64,000 nt of DNA from Finegoldia sp. (GTDB lineage: Bacteria > Bacillota > Clostridia > Tissierellales > Peptoniphilaceae). Location of the stretch: positions 21,032-85,031 of the forward strand of contig JASBYN010000005.1 in assembly GCA_029983915.1 (NCBI GenBank). The letters are read 5' to 3'. Positions 20,677 through 31,064 of the stretch are shown here, in pieces (position 1 is the stretch's first letter; every line of letters starts with the position of its first letter). Both the position numbers and the translations under genes were made by a program. A model generated the notes under the pieces. It searched no databases. It saw only the letters and a program-made list of their open reading frames with translations, and was not told the origin of the DNA.

Positions 20677-22182
20677 CTAATGTTTGAAGTGTCTGTTCTT
20701 TGTGAATACCATGCTGATTTTGTATTCATTGCACTTATCTATAGATTCTTGATCTCTCACACTTCCACCTGGTTGAATGATTGCTTTTACTTCCAATTTA
20801 TGTGCAAATTCTACACAATCTGAGAATGGGAAGAAAGCATCAGATGCCAATACGCAATCTGTAAAATCAACATCAGGGTGATTATTAGCTATGTTTTCCA
20901 AAGCCCAAATTCTAGATGTTTGTCCTCCACCTATTCCCAAAGTTTTAGAACCTTTTGCCAAAACGATGGCATTTGATTTAGTGAATTTTACAACTTTCAT
21001 TGCAAATTCCAAATCTTTTCTATCTTCATCGGAAGGTTTTTCATCTGTTACCACGTTGTATTCGTCTACTCCAAAATCTTTGTCTTGGATAAGAACTTTT
21101 CCATTTAAGTATTTTATATCTTCTTTTACTGAATCATTGTCGAATTTTATCTTGACCAATCTTATATTCTTTTTCTTAGTCAAAATCTCCAAAGCTTCAT
21201 CTGTAAAATCTTTTGCTGCTATTATTTCCAAGAAAATTTGGCTCATTTCTTCTGCACATTTTGCATCTACAACTCCTTTTATAGCTACAATTCCTCCAAA
21301 AATAGAAGTGGAATCTGCCAAGTAAGCTTTGTGATATGCTTCACTTACGCTATCTGCTATTGCAACGCCACAAGGAGTTTGATGTTTAAGTGCTACACAA
21401 GAATTTTCTCCCAATTCATCTGCCAATTCTACTGCTACATTCAAATCGTTGTAATTATTGAAACTCATTGCCTTTCCGTGGATTACTTCGCAATCTGAAA
21501 GTTTTCCTTTTACAAATGGATCTTCGTACAAGTTTGCAGATTGATGAGAATTTTCTCCGTATCTAAGCTCGTTTTCTTTTTTAAATCCAAATGTTCTGTA
21601 ATCTGAAAATTCTCCTACTCTTTGTTGGAAATATCTTGAAATTACTGAATCATAGAAAGCAGTCAAACTAAAAGCTTTCATCGCTAATTTTTCTCTGTAT
21701 TCTAAATCCACGTTGTCGTTTTTCAATCTGTCTATCAATTCTTCGTAATCAGCTGGATCTGTGACTACCAAAACATCTTTGTAATTTTTAGCAGCACTTC
21801 TTATCAAAGTAGGTCCACCAATATCGATATTTTCTACGATGTTGTCGTGATCATTTGATTTCAATGCATTTTGAAAATCGTACAAATTTACAACTACTAT
21901 ATCTATTGGACGTATTTTCAATTCATCAACTGTTTTTTTATGTTCGTCATTATCTCTCTTGTACAAAATTCCGCCGTGAACATAAGGTGATAGAGTTTTT
22001 ACTCTACCTTGCAAAATTTCAGGGAAATTTGTAACGCTGGATATGTCTATAACATTTACACCAGATTTTTCTATTTCCTTATAAGTACCACCTGTAGATA
22101 TGATTTCATATCCTAATTCTTCCAAGCTTTTAGCAAGCTTTCCAACGTTAGTTTTATCTGTAAGTGAAATTAAAGCACGCAT
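20677..22182 (-). CDS. purH: Bifunctional AICAR transformylase / IMP cyclohydrolase
   Basis: RALIS, STGGT, GRVKTL, ENIDIGGP, LRYGEN, KSNAI, SDAFFPF, IQPGGS, RHFKH. Confidence 0.97.
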   Translation of the reverse strand: MRALISLTDKTNVGKLAKSLEELGYEIISTGGTYKEIEKSGVNVIDISSVTNFPEILQGRVKTLSPYVHGGILYKRDNDEHKKTVDELKIRPIDIVVVNLYDFQNALKSNDHDNIVENIDIGGPTLIRSAAKNYKDVLVVTDPADYEELIDRLKNDNVDLEYREKLAMKAFSLTAFYDSVISRYFQQRVGEFSDYRTFGFKKENELRYGENSHQSANLYEDPFVKGKLSDCEVIHGKAMSFNNYNDLNVAVELADELGENSCVALKHQTPCGVAIADSVSEAYHKAYLADSTSIFGGIVAIKGVVDAKCAEEMSQIFLEIIAAKDFTDEALEILTKKKNIRLVKIKFDNDSVKEDIKYLNGKVLIQDKDFGVDEYNVVTDEKPSDEDRKDLEFAMKVVKFTKSNAIVLAKGSKTLGIGGGQTSRIWALENIANNHPDVDFTDCVLASDAFFPFSDCVEFAHKLEVKAIIQPGGSVRDQESIDKCNEYKISMVFTKNRHFKH

Positions 22183-22724
22183 CAAATCTCCTCCAATTTT
22201 TTTATGGCATCTTTTAATATGCCATGTTCTATTTTTAATACCTTATTTGCAATATCTTGTGCAGATTTACAATCAGAAATATCCACTTTTCTTTGTAATA
22301 TAATATCCCCGTCATCCAAATTTTCATTTACATAGTGAACTGTCGCTCCACTTTCCTTCTCCATATTTTCAAATACTTTTTCGTGAACGTGAATTCCGTA
22401 AAATCCCTTACCACCGTATTTTGGAAGAAGTGACGGATGGATATTTATGATTGTAAATTCATTTATGATTTTTTCTGAAACTTTTGGTAAAAATCCAGCC
22501 AACACAATCAAATCTACTTTTTTCTCTCTCAATCGATCGATTATCTCAGAGTCATCTTTCGACACTAGAGTATCTATTCCAAATTCTCTAGCAAAGTTCA
22601 ATCCAGCTGCGTTTTTGTTGGAAACCACTTCTACTATTTTGCTTTTAAAATAATTGTCTTTTTGTGCATCCAACAGTGCTTTCAAATTAGTTCCAGTACC
22701 TGAAATAAAAACAGCAATATTCAT
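22182..22724 (-). CDS. purN: Phosphoribosylglycinamide formyltransferase
   Basis: SGTGTNL, LAGF, INIHPSLLP, SGATVHYV, D.GDII, EH. Confidence 0.95.
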   Translation of the reverse strand: MNIAVFISGTGTNLKALLDAQKDNYFKSKIVEVVSNKNAAGLNFAREFGIDTLVSKDDSEIIDRLREKKVDLIVLAGFLPKVSEKIINEFTIINIHPSLLPKYGGKGFYGIHVHEKVFENMEKESGATVHYVNENLDDGDIILQRKVDISDCKSAQDIANKVLKIEHGILKDAIKKLEEI

Positions 22725-22731
22725 ATCTCAC

Positions 22732-24078
22732 CTATATAACTATAGGATCTACCGGATAATTTCCATCAAAACAAGCTTTACAGAATGTATCTACCTTGCC
22801 ATGACTAGCATTGATCATTCCTTCCATCGAAAGAAATACCAAACTATCCGCACCTATTTTTTCTCTAATTTCTTCAACTTTCATATTTGCTGCAATTAAA
22901 TGTCTCCTAGATGGAGTATCTATTCCGTAATAGCAAGGATATTTTACAGGTGGAGATGTAATTCTCATGTGAACTTCTGTAGCTCCAGCTTCCCTAATTC
23001 TTTTTATCAAATTAGCACTTGTAGTTCCCCTCACGATAGAATCATCTATAAGCACGACTCTCTTTCCCTTCAAGACGTGTCTTAGAGGATTTAATTTCAA
23101 TTTTACAGCCATTTCCCTCTCTTTTTGAGTTGGTTTGATGAAAGTTCTTCCCATGTATCTATTTTTTACCAAACCTTGAGCATAAGGGATTCCAGATTTT
23201 TGTGAAAAACCAATTGCAGAAGGAATACCTGAATCAGGAACAGGGATTACCAAATCTACATCACAAGGAGCTTCTTGAGATAAAATTTCTCCGCTTCTTC
23301 TTCTAAAATTGTAAGCATTAGTTCCATCTAAAGTTGCATCTTCTCTAGCAAAATACACATATTCAAAGAAACAATTACATGGTTTGTCGCAATTAGAGTA
23401 CATATCAGAATGAACTCCATCTTTATCTACAACTAAAATTTCTCCTGGCTTTACATTTCTTATATTGGAAGCTCCGACAATTTCAATCGCTGCGTTTTCA
23501 GATGCAAATACAACATCTTCTTCATTTTCTCCCATAACCAAAGGTCTTATTCCCAATGGATCTCTAAATGCAATTAATTTATCCTTTAAAACTAAAACGA
23601 CAGCATAAGCTCCTCTAATAAGTTTCATTGTCTTTTTTATAGCTTCTACGATATCTCCCTTATAATATCTTGCAATAAGATATAAAATAACTTCGCTATC
23701 TATAGATGTTTGGAACATTACGCCATCTTCTTCTAATCTAGTTCTTAAAATTTGATGATTTATTAAATTTCCATTATGAGCCAAGCTCATTTCAATTCCC
23801 TTTGCAAATGCCATCAAAGGTTGAGTATTGTAATCATGTGATCCACCTGCTGTAGAATATCTAACATGACCTATTCCAATATTTCCTTCTAAATTACCTA
23901 AATTCTCCTCATTGAACACATCGATAACAAGTCCCATACCTTTTTCTCTCTGCAAGCGATCACCGTTTGAAACGGTAATCCCGCATGATTCTTGTCCTCT
24001 GTGTTGTAAGGAATTAAGTCCATAAAAAAGTTTTTTATTTACTGCGGACTTAGAATATATTCCTATAACTCCACACAT
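22732..24078 (-). CDS. purF: Amidophosphoribosyltransferase
   Basis: MCG N-terminus, LQHRGQE, GHVRYST, HNGN, CFFEYVYFAR, DDSIVRGTT, C..CFDG.YP. Confidence 0.97.
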   Translation of the reverse strand: MCGVIGIYSKSAVNKKLFYGLNSLQHRGQESCGITVSNGDRLQREKGMGLVIDVFNEENLGNLEGNIGIGHVRYSTAGGSHDYNTQPLMAFAKGIEMSLAHNGNLINHQILRTRLEEDGVMFQTSIDSEVILYLIARYYKGDIVEAIKKTMKLIRGAYAVVLVLKDKLIAFRDPLGIRPLVMGENEEDVVFASENAAIEIVGASNIRNVKPGEILVVDKDGVHSDMYSNCDKPCNCFFEYVYFAREDATLDGTNAYNFRRRSGEILSQEAPCDVDLVIPVPDSGIPSAIGFSQKSGIPYAQGLVKNRYMGRTFIKPTQKEREMAVKLKLNPLRHVLKGKRVVLIDDSIVRGTTSANLIKRIREAGATEVHMRITSPPVKYPCYYGIDTPSRRHLIAANMKVEEIREKIGADSLVFLSMEGMINASHGKVDTFCKACFDGNYPVDPIVI

Positions 24079-24079
24079 C

Positions 24080-24778
24080 TTAGCCTCTCATTCTATTCAA
24101 AACTTCTTTGTAACCTTCTGTCAAATCTCCTAAATCTCTTCTGAAAATATCCTTGTCTAATTTTTGGTTAGTATCTTTGTCCCACAATCTACAAGTATCA
24201 GGGCTTATTTCATCAGCTAATAGGATTTGTCCATCGTCAGTTTTACCAAATTCAATTTTGAAATCTACTAATTTCAAATTGATCTTCAAGAAAAATTCTT
24301 TTAATAATTCATTAATCTTCAAAGTTTCTTCTTTTAAGTAGTCGTATTCTTCTTTTGTGATTAATTCCAATGCAATTGCATGATCTTCACACATTAAAGG
24401 ATCTCCCAAATCGTCGTTTTTATAAGACAATTCAAAAGTTGGTTGTTTCAAAACTCTTCCTTCTTCTACTCCGTATCTCTTAGCAAAAGAACCTGCAGTT
24501 ATGTTTCTAACTATAACTTCCAATGGCAATATAGTAACTTTTTTTACTCTCATATCAGTGTTGTTGATAGTTTCGATGTAGTGAGTTTTGATGCCATTTT
24601 TTTCTAGCATTTCAAAAATCATAGTAGTAATAGCTAAATTAAGTTCTCCTTTACCTGCTATTGTAGCTTTCTTTTCTCCGTTTCCAGCAGTTGCATCATC
24701 TTTGTATCTAATGATATACTCATCATTTTTTTCTGTTGAATAAACTTCCTTTGCTTTTCCTTCATATAACTTTTCCAT
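24080..24778 (-). CDS. purC: SAICAR synthetase
   Basis: [41 protein letters not shown]. Confidence 0.97.
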   Translation of the reverse strand: MEKLYEGKAKEVYSTEKNDEYIIRYKDDATAGNGEKKATIAGKGELNLAITTMIFEMLEKNGIKTHYIETINNTDMRVKKVTILPLEVIVRNITAGSFAKRYGVEEGRVLKQPTFELSYKNDDLGDPLMCEDHAIALELITKEEYDYLKEETLKINELLKEFFLKINLKLVDFKIEFGKTDDGQILLADEISPDTCRLWDKDTNQKLDKDIFRRDLGDLTEGYKEVLNRMRG

Positions 24779-24795
24779 AAATACCCTCCTAAAAT

Positions 24796-24827
24796 AAAAA
24801 AATAGAGAATCCCTCTAGGAATTCTCT
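24796..24827 (-). terminator. Attenuator-type intrinsic terminator in the pur leader, just upstream of the purC SD
   Basis: Minus strand AGAGAATTCC-TAGA-GGGATTCTCT-ATTTTTTT, followed within a few nt by AGGAGG of purC. Confidence 0.7.
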
Positions 24828-24979
24828 TAATTTTTAGACAAATATACAATTGTATCGTGAGACGCAAAAATAGATATAAGCTTTCCCCTCAATTTATTGA
24901 TAAGACTTAGATCATGATTAGTAAATCTCAAATCAAAAAGCTTAAATGCTCGATTTCTTGAAATAACCAAAAAATTCAT
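24827..24979 (-). CDS. Putative 50-aa leader peptide/small ORF upstream of purC
   Basis: Hand-translated: MNFLVISRNRAFKLFDLRFTNHDLSLINKLRGKLISIFASHDTIVYLSKN*. Preceded by a GGGGG SD-like run; its stop abuts the terminator stem. Confidence 0.45.
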   Translation of the reverse strand: MNFLVISRNRAFKLFDLRFTNHDLSLINKLRGKLISIFASHDTIVYLSKN

Positions 24980-25011
24980 TATTCTGCCCCCACTAAAATA
25001 ATTCACAACCT

Positions 25012-25040
25012 ATTATATCACAATCACCATACTGTTACAA
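25012..25040 (-). promoter_or_regulatory. SigA promoter of the pur operon
   Basis: Minus strand TTGTAA-17 nt-TATAAT with an extended TG. Confidence 0.6.
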
Positions 25041-25113
25041 TTCATAAAAGTAAAGATTGTAAAATTTTTTTTAAATTTATTAAACAATGAATTCTATATT
25101 CATTGACTGTAAA

Positions 25114-26787
25114 TTACTTCTCTATCTCATCCGCTAATTTTTTCTTGATAGATTCCATCAAATTGTAATCATCCTTGAATCCACCAATCAAATTTCGAGT
25201 TTCGCTATCGTATTGCAACTCTTTGATTTCACCTGTCAAATCTTTTATAATATTCAATACCTTTTCTCTTCCCAATTTAGATTCGCACATTTTCAAAAAT
25301 GAAAAATCTACATTACCATACATCAATTGTTTCATTCTCAAACTCAATTCAGGCATACCTGATTTTGATGGATATACGAAAAACATATCGCCACATGCCC
25401 ATCTATCCGATCTATATCTAAAATCAGAACTATCCGTATACAAACAGTAATTCCATCTCAAAAATCCCTTCATATCGAATAAATAAGTCATATATCCAAC
25501 TAACCTCGATTGTATCAAAGGACTTCTGACAAATTGATTCAAATTAAAAGGAGTCCAGCAAACATACCAAGTCATATTTCTCAAATTTGATTTATCTGAC
25601 AATCTCAAATCTCCATTTTGAACTCTAATCAACTCATTCAAAATTATAGAAAAGTTCTCAGTATCTCCCTTATAATCTTTGTAAAAATCGCCATTCATGA
25701 TAGCGTATTTTATCTTCACATCGCCTTTTATAGATTTCAAAATATTTTCAGAATCTGAAATATCTCCAACCTTTTTAGGTTGATCTGCCATTATTCTAGT
25801 TATTTTCCATAAATTTTTCTCTTCCAAATGATTGAAAATCTGAGTGACATATTCCACATACATCTCTTTTTTTCTTATAAATGTAAATCTCGAATTATCC
25901 TTATCGTACACTCTCACCCTTATAGGCTCATTGAAATCCTCTAGTACCTTTCCAAAACAACTAGTTTCCCAATTTCCCAATATACCAAAAAGATCTATCT
26001 CTTCGCACATTCCAAGCCTTTGGCAAATCTCTATATACCTATCAAACGCTTCAAAATCCAAAACCAATTTCCCATTTTCCAAAAAAACTTTTATAATATT
26101 GTACTCATAAAGAGAAGATTTGTTTTCGTATATCCTATAGCACGCTTGACCTGCCCAAGAATAATCGCTAACTACCAAATCACAAACCTTTTGCCCTGCA
26201 TCTGCAAGTGGCTTCATGAAATTTTCAATTATTCTAAAATGTTCATCAGAAAAATACTCACAATCGTACACCCTTGCAAGAGAAGATAAATGTTGCCACA
26301 AATCCAAATAAAACACATTTTTTTCTGGAACTTCAACTGTGCTCACTTCAAACTCAAATTCTTTTTCGCATATTAGCTTTTCATCATCCAAACCCTCTGA
26401 CTCATATAACTTTGCAATCACAGCGTGTCTACCTGGATTATCCGATTTTAAATCTAGCCACAAATTATTGAATCCCTTTTCCAAATATCCAGATCGCTTA
26501 TTGCAAATTCGATCCTTTTTGTAAATCAAATCATCATCTAAAACATCACCTTCAAATGACAATTTAGTATCCACATCGCTATCTATCTCTATCCTATATG
26601 TGCTTACAAGACCTTCCCAAGATAAAGTGCTCATCATGTCCAAATTCACCCAAGTTTTCTTATCTAATGACAGCTCCAACTGAACACTAGTCATCTCGTT
26701 TTTTAGTGCAAATTTTTCTGTGATTTCCTCACATTCATTTTTCTTTCTTCCTATCTGTCTAACCGTAGACGGTATAAATCTAATCAT
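25114..26787 (-). CDS. DUF4091-domain putative glycoside hydrolase (GH123-like)
   Basis: LDLWQH, YFSDEHF, DF..FDRY, WYVC, GFLRWNY, GDMFFVYP, SLR motifs. Start reassigned to ATG 26787 behind GAAAGGA. Confidence 0.65.
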   Translation of the reverse strand: MIRFIPSTVRQIGRKKNECEEITEKFALKNEMTSVQLELSLDKKTWVNLDMMSTLSWEGLVSTYRIEIDSDVDTKLSFEGDVLDDDLIYKKDRICNKRSGYLEKGFNNLWLDLKSDNPGRHAVIAKLYESEGLDDEKLICEKEFEFEVSTVEVPEKNVFYLDLWQHLSSLARVYDCEYFSDEHFRIIENFMKPLADAGQKVCDLVVSDYSWAGQACYRIYENKSSLYEYNIIKVFLENGKLVLDFEAFDRYIEICQRLGMCEEIDLFGILGNWETSCFGKVLEDFNEPIRVRVYDKDNSRFTFIRKKEMYVEYVTQIFNHLEEKNLWKITRIMADQPKKVGDISDSENILKSIKGDVKIKYAIMNGDFYKDYKGDTENFSIILNELIRVQNGDLRLSDKSNLRNMTWYVCWTPFNLNQFVRSPLIQSRLVGYMTYLFDMKGFLRWNYCLYTDSSDFRYRSDRWACGDMFFVYPSKSGMPELSLRMKQLMYGNVDFSFLKMCESKLGREKVLNIIKDLTGEIKELQYDSETRNLIGGFKDDYNLMESIKKKLADEIEK

Positions 26788-26842
26788 TATCCTTTCACTC
26801 CTTGTGATATCATTGATTTTCAATAAAATCATCATACTGTTT

Positions 26843-27934
26843 TTAATTAAATGAATTTATTACGTCGAACATCGGAATAGTTATCGATATAACTATGAAT
26901 CCCACTAAAATCGCCATTACGATTATAAGCATTGGTTCTAATATGCTTATGAAGGATTTTATTGCATATTCTACTTCACTGTCGTAAAATTGCGATAATT
27001 TTTCAAATACATCTCCAAGTTCTCCAGTATTTTCTGCTACTTTGAGCATTGAATTGAATACTGTAGGAGTTATTTTCCTTCTGTTGAATGCTTCTTCAAG
27101 TGTGTATTCACCGGTGGATATTTCGTCGAATATTTCCGATAGTTCTTTTTTATAGTATTTGTTTTTCATTGATTTTTCTATTATGGTAAGTCCTTCTATT
27201 ATTGTCATAGAATTTTTGTGTGACACGCTCAAACTTCTAGCTATTTCGGATGATATTATCGTCTGTATGTGCTTTCCAAATAGAGAGTTTGAGGTTTTGA
27301 ATTTGTCTAAGTAATATCCAAATTTTGTATTTTTATATGCAAACATCGATCCGAATATTATTACGCCTATTATTGTGAGTATTAATTTCCATTTGGTATT
27401 CAATGTGTTAGATATGGATATGAGTATTCTCGTAGATAACGGCAATACCATGTCAGAGCTTTCAAACAAATCTACAAATGTCGGTATGACATTTTTTATC
27501 ATGAAAACCATCATTACTATAGCAGTAACTGTCAAGATTATCGGATAAATCATGGCATTTTGAATTTTCTTTTTGATTTCGTATTGTCTTTCGTAGTATT
27601 TGCTAAGGTCATAAACTACTTTATCTAGTTGTCCACTTTCTTCTCCCAATTTGAGCATGGATACGAAAAATGTATCGAAATTTTTATCTTGAGAAAAACT
27701 TTCTGATACGCTCATTCCATTGTTAAGTTTTTGGGATATTTTTTCTAGAGATGGTTTCATTGGTTTGAATTCTTTCTCTTTTTTGAGTAAATCGATTATG
27801 TCTATTATCGGGATTTTGGCGTTGAGAAGTATTGAAAATTGTCTCAAAAACAAAAATATGTGCTTTTTGTTTATTCCAAAGTTTATTTCTTTGTTTAGAA
27901 TGCTTTCTTCTTTTATTAGTTTTTTAGTTTTCAT
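26843..27934 (-). CDS. Type II secretion F / PilC / ComGB-family platform protein
   Basis: FLRQFSILL, GEESGQL, AMIYP, AENTGEL, LEPMLII, PMF. Confidence 0.9.
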   Translation of the reverse strand: MKTKKLIKEESILNKEINFGINKKHIFLFLRQFSILLNAKIPIIDIIDLLKKEKEFKPMKPSLEKISQKLNNGMSVSESFSQDKNFDTFFVSMLKLGEESGQLDKVVYDLSKYYERQYEIKKKIQNAMIYPIILTVTAIVMMVFMIKNVIPTFVDLFESSDMVLPLSTRILISISNTLNTKWKLILTIIGVIIFGSMFAYKNTKFGYYLDKFKTSNSLFGKHIQTIISSEIARSLSVSHKNSMTIIEGLTIIEKSMKNKYYKKELSEIFDEISTGEYTLEEAFNRRKITPTVFNSMLKVAENTGELGDVFEKLSQFYDSEVEYAIKSFISILEPMLIIVMAILVGFIVISITIPMFDVINSFN

Positions 27935-29084
27935 TGTATAATCTCATGGCTTGTTCAAATGAAGTGTTTCCGTTTTGCACTTGTATCATGGCTTTTTTGA
28001 AAAGTCCCGATACTTGATTTTTATTTCCAAATTCTTTTAATGATTGTAGATTGGCATCTTTTTTTATTAGGTTTCTGAGTTCATCATCTACTTTCAATAT
28101 TTGCATCACTGCTAATCTATTATCGTATCCATTTCTACATTTGTCGCAACCTACTGGTGCGTAAATTTCTGTGGGGTTTAGTCCTTGTGATTTGAAAATC
28201 TCCATTTGTTCTGGTGTGACTTTTACTTTTTGTTTGCAATGTGGGCATAATTTTTTGACTAATCTCTGTGCTATGATTACTTTTACCGATGCTCTTATCA
28301 TGTAATCTTCTACTCCCATATCCATTAATCTAATTATGGATTGATAGGCATCGTCTGTGTGAATTGTAGAATATACTTTGTGTCCTGTGATTGAGGCTCT
28401 CATGCTGAGTTTTGCAGTTTCTGTATCTCTGATTTCACCGATCATTATTACGGATGGATCTTGCCTTAGTACAAATTTTAACGTGTTATCAAATCTCATG
28501 CCTATTTTTTCGTTTATTTGGATTTGATTGATTCCAAATATGTTGTACTCTACAGGATTTTCGATTGTGATTATGTTTTTGTCGATTGTATTTTCTTCTT
28601 CTAACATAGTGTACAATGTTGTGGTTTTCCCACTTCCAGTTGGTCCACAAATCAATACTAATCCGTTTTCAAATTTTGTAAATTCTTCTACCATTGATAT
28701 TTCTTGTTCCGATATTCCAAGATTTTTCATTCCTATTTTGAAATGTTCGGGATTCAAGATTCTGATTACACATTTTTGACCGTAAATTGTGTTGATTATG
28801 CTAATTCTCAAATCTATGTTGGTGTTTTCAAATTTATATGTGATTCTTCCGTCTTGTGGAAGTCTTTTTTCTGCGATGTCTAGCCCACTCATTATTTTTA
28901 TTCTGGTAATTATTTTGGAGTGCATTTCTATATCCAAATTTTTGTATTCAATCAATGAGCCGTTGATTCTCAATCTTATTCTAAGTATTTTTTCAAATGG
29001 TTCTATGTGTATATCGCTTGCATTTGCAATAATTGCATCGTCTATTATGGAATTTACAAATGATACGTTGTCTTTAGTTTCCAT
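27924..29084 (-). CDS. GspE/PilB/ComGA-family assembly ATPase
   Basis: ASDIHIEP, DIAEKRLPQDG, GPTGSGKTTTLY, LRQDP, GEIRD, TGH..STIH, CPHC...CDKC. Start reassigned to 29084 behind GGAGG. Confidence 0.9.
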   Translation of the reverse strand: METKDNVSFVNSIIDDAIIANASDIHIEPFEKILRIRLRINGSLIEYKNLDIEMHSKIITRIKIMSGLDIAEKRLPQDGRITYKFENTNIDLRISIINTIYGQKCVIRILNPEHFKIGMKNLGISEQEISMVEEFTKFENGLVLICGPTGSGKTTTLYTMLEEENTIDKNIITIENPVEYNIFGINQIQINEKIGMRFDNTLKFVLRQDPSVIMIGEIRDTETAKLSMRASITGHKVYSTIHTDDAYQSIIRLMDMGVEDYMIRASVKVIIAQRLVKKLCPHCKQKVKVTPEQMEIFKSQGLNPTEIYAPVGCDKCRNGYDNRLAVMQILKVDDELRNLIKKDANLQSLKEFGNKNQVSGLFKKAMIQVQNGNTSFEQAMRLYNEN

Positions 29085-29181
29085 TGTTTCCTCCGTCAAT
29101 ATATTCAATTCTATTATATCATTTTGTAGTGTGTTTAATTTCAAATAAAATAGCGACATGATTTGTTCATGCCGCCATTTT

Positions 29182-30930
29182 CTATACCATCAATCTTCCA
29201 CCTTGAGTGTACAAATTGTAATAATATCCTTTTTTATCCATCAATTCTTTGTGTGTTCCTCGTTCTATTATTCCATCTTCTGTCAATACTAAAATCATAT
29301 CGGCATTTTGAACTGTGGTAAGTCTATGTGCTATAGTAAGTGAACTTCTTCCTTTTGCCAATCTTTCCAACGATTCTTGTACTATCAATTCGCTTTTGTT
29401 ATCTAATGCAGATGTAGCTTCGTCTAGAATCAATATTGGAGGATTCTTCAAGAAAACTCTAGCAATTGATATTCTTTGTTTTTGTCCTCCGGATAACATT
29501 ACTCCACGTTCTCCTACATAAGTGTCAAACCCATTTTCCAAATTCATTATGAAATCATAAGCTCCTGCTGCTTTTGCCGCTTCGATTATTTCATCATCTG
29601 TAGCATTTGGATTTCCGTACAATATGTTTTCTTTTACAGTTCCACTAAACAAATACACATCTTGTTGTACCATTCCTATGTTTTGTCTTAGAGATTTTAG
29701 TTTTATTTTTTTGACATCAATTCCTTCTACTAAAATTTGTCCGCTATCTACATCGTAAAATCTAGGAATCAAATTACACAATGTAGTTTTGCCACCTCCT
29801 GAAGGTCCTACCAATGCAACTTTTTGTCCTGGTTCTATAGTAAAAGATACATTGCTCAAAACGTCTTCGTTGTTGTTATTGTATCTGAAACTGATATCTT
29901 TGATTTCGATTTTTCCTTTTACATTTTCCAAATCGACTGCATCTTCATCGTCAAATATTTCTATATCTTGATCCATGATTTCTGTAAATCTTTCAATTCC
30001 AGTCATACCACGTTGGAATTGTTCTGTAAATTCTACAATTCTTCTCACCGTAGTCAACAAAGTCTGTACGTACAATATGAAAGCTACTATATCTCCACTG
30101 CTCATAGTTCCTTTTACTAAGAACAATCCACCAAACAAAACCACGACTATATACATGATTCCATCAAAAGCTTTTGTTATAGTGTTGAATCCAGCCATAG
30201 ATGCGTAAGTCTCTGATTTTATATCCAAGAATTTTTTGTTTCCTTTTTGGAATTTTTCTATTTCCATATCCTCATTGGCAAATGATTTTACTACTTTCAC
30301 TCCCAACAAACTATCTTCTATGTCGGCATTCAATACTCCGATGTGGCTTTTTTGTTCCTTGAATCCTTTTCTCATTCTCCTATTGTATTTAGATGCGAAG
30401 ACGATCATGATAGGAATTGTCAAAAATAAAATGATAGTCAAGATTACATTAAGTCTTACTAAAATTATAAATGAAATAATTATCTTGATAAATCCAATGA
30501 AATATTCTTCAGGACAGTGATGAGAGAATTCCGTAATATCGAATAAATCCGATGTAATTCTAGCCATTATTTGTCCTACTTTAGTTTCGTTAAAGTAAGA
30601 ATCGGATAGCTTTTGCAGATGATTGAACACATCGTATCTCATATCCGTTTCTATCTTTGCTCCCATTATATGTCCCGTTCTAGTCATATAATATCCTGCA
30701 CAAAGATCTATTAATTTAATTACTAAAAGCAAAATGGCCATTTTGATTACAATTTCGCTTGTCAAATTGTATTTACCTAACCCTGCATTCGTCAATCTTC
30801 TAAGTATCATAGGCAGCACCATATCAGTCAACGTCGTAAGACCGGCACACAACAAATCAAACATCAATATGAATTTGTATTTTTTGAAATACGGCATTAC
30901 CCTTTTGATAAGATTAATATTTCTCTCCAT
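29182..30930 (-). CDS. ABC transporter, fused permease + ATP-binding (exporter type)
   Basis: N-terminal TM domain, GPSGGGKTT, LSGGQKQR, ILDEATS, IAHRL. Probable start MERNIN at 30930. Confidence 0.9.
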   Translation of the reverse strand: MERNINLIKRVMPYFKKYKFILMFDLLCAGLTTLTDMVLPMILRRLTNAGLGKYNLTSEIVIKMAILLLVIKLIDLCAGYYMTRTGHIMGAKIETDMRYDVFNHLQKLSDSYFNETKVGQIMARITSDLFDITEFSHHCPEEYFIGFIKIIISFIILVRLNVILTIILFLTIPIMIVFASKYNRRMRKGFKEQKSHIGVLNADIEDSLLGVKVVKSFANEDMEIEKFQKGNKKFLDIKSETYASMAGFNTITKAFDGIMYIVVVLFGGLFLVKGTMSSGDIVAFILYVQTLLTTVRRIVEFTEQFQRGMTGIERFTEIMDQDIEIFDDEDAVDLENVKGKIEIKDISFRYNNNNEDVLSNVSFTIEPGQKVALVGPSGGGKTTLCNLIPRFYDVDSGQILVEGIDVKKIKLKSLRQNIGMVQQDVYLFSGTVKENILYGNPNATDDEIIEAAKAAGAYDFIMNLENGFDTYVGERGVMLSGGQKQRISIARVFLKNPPILILDEATSALDNKSELIVQESLERLAKGRSSLTIAHRLTTVQNADMILVLTEDGIIERGTHKELMDKKGYYYNLYTQGGRLMV

Positions 30931-31064
30931 AATTTTTCCTTTCTTTAAAATAATCAATAATATGATTATAACATAAGGAAGTTTTATTGTAGAATATACA
31001 ATTTCACAATACTATCAATTTTATAACCATTTCAAACAATAAAATAAGACCACTTATAGTAGCC

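Noticed and set aside
24779..25010. Purine, PRPP/ykkC or ZTP riboswitch before purC
   Set aside because: I could not find the conserved aptamer sequences by eye. An Rfam scan is still needed to exclude them formally.
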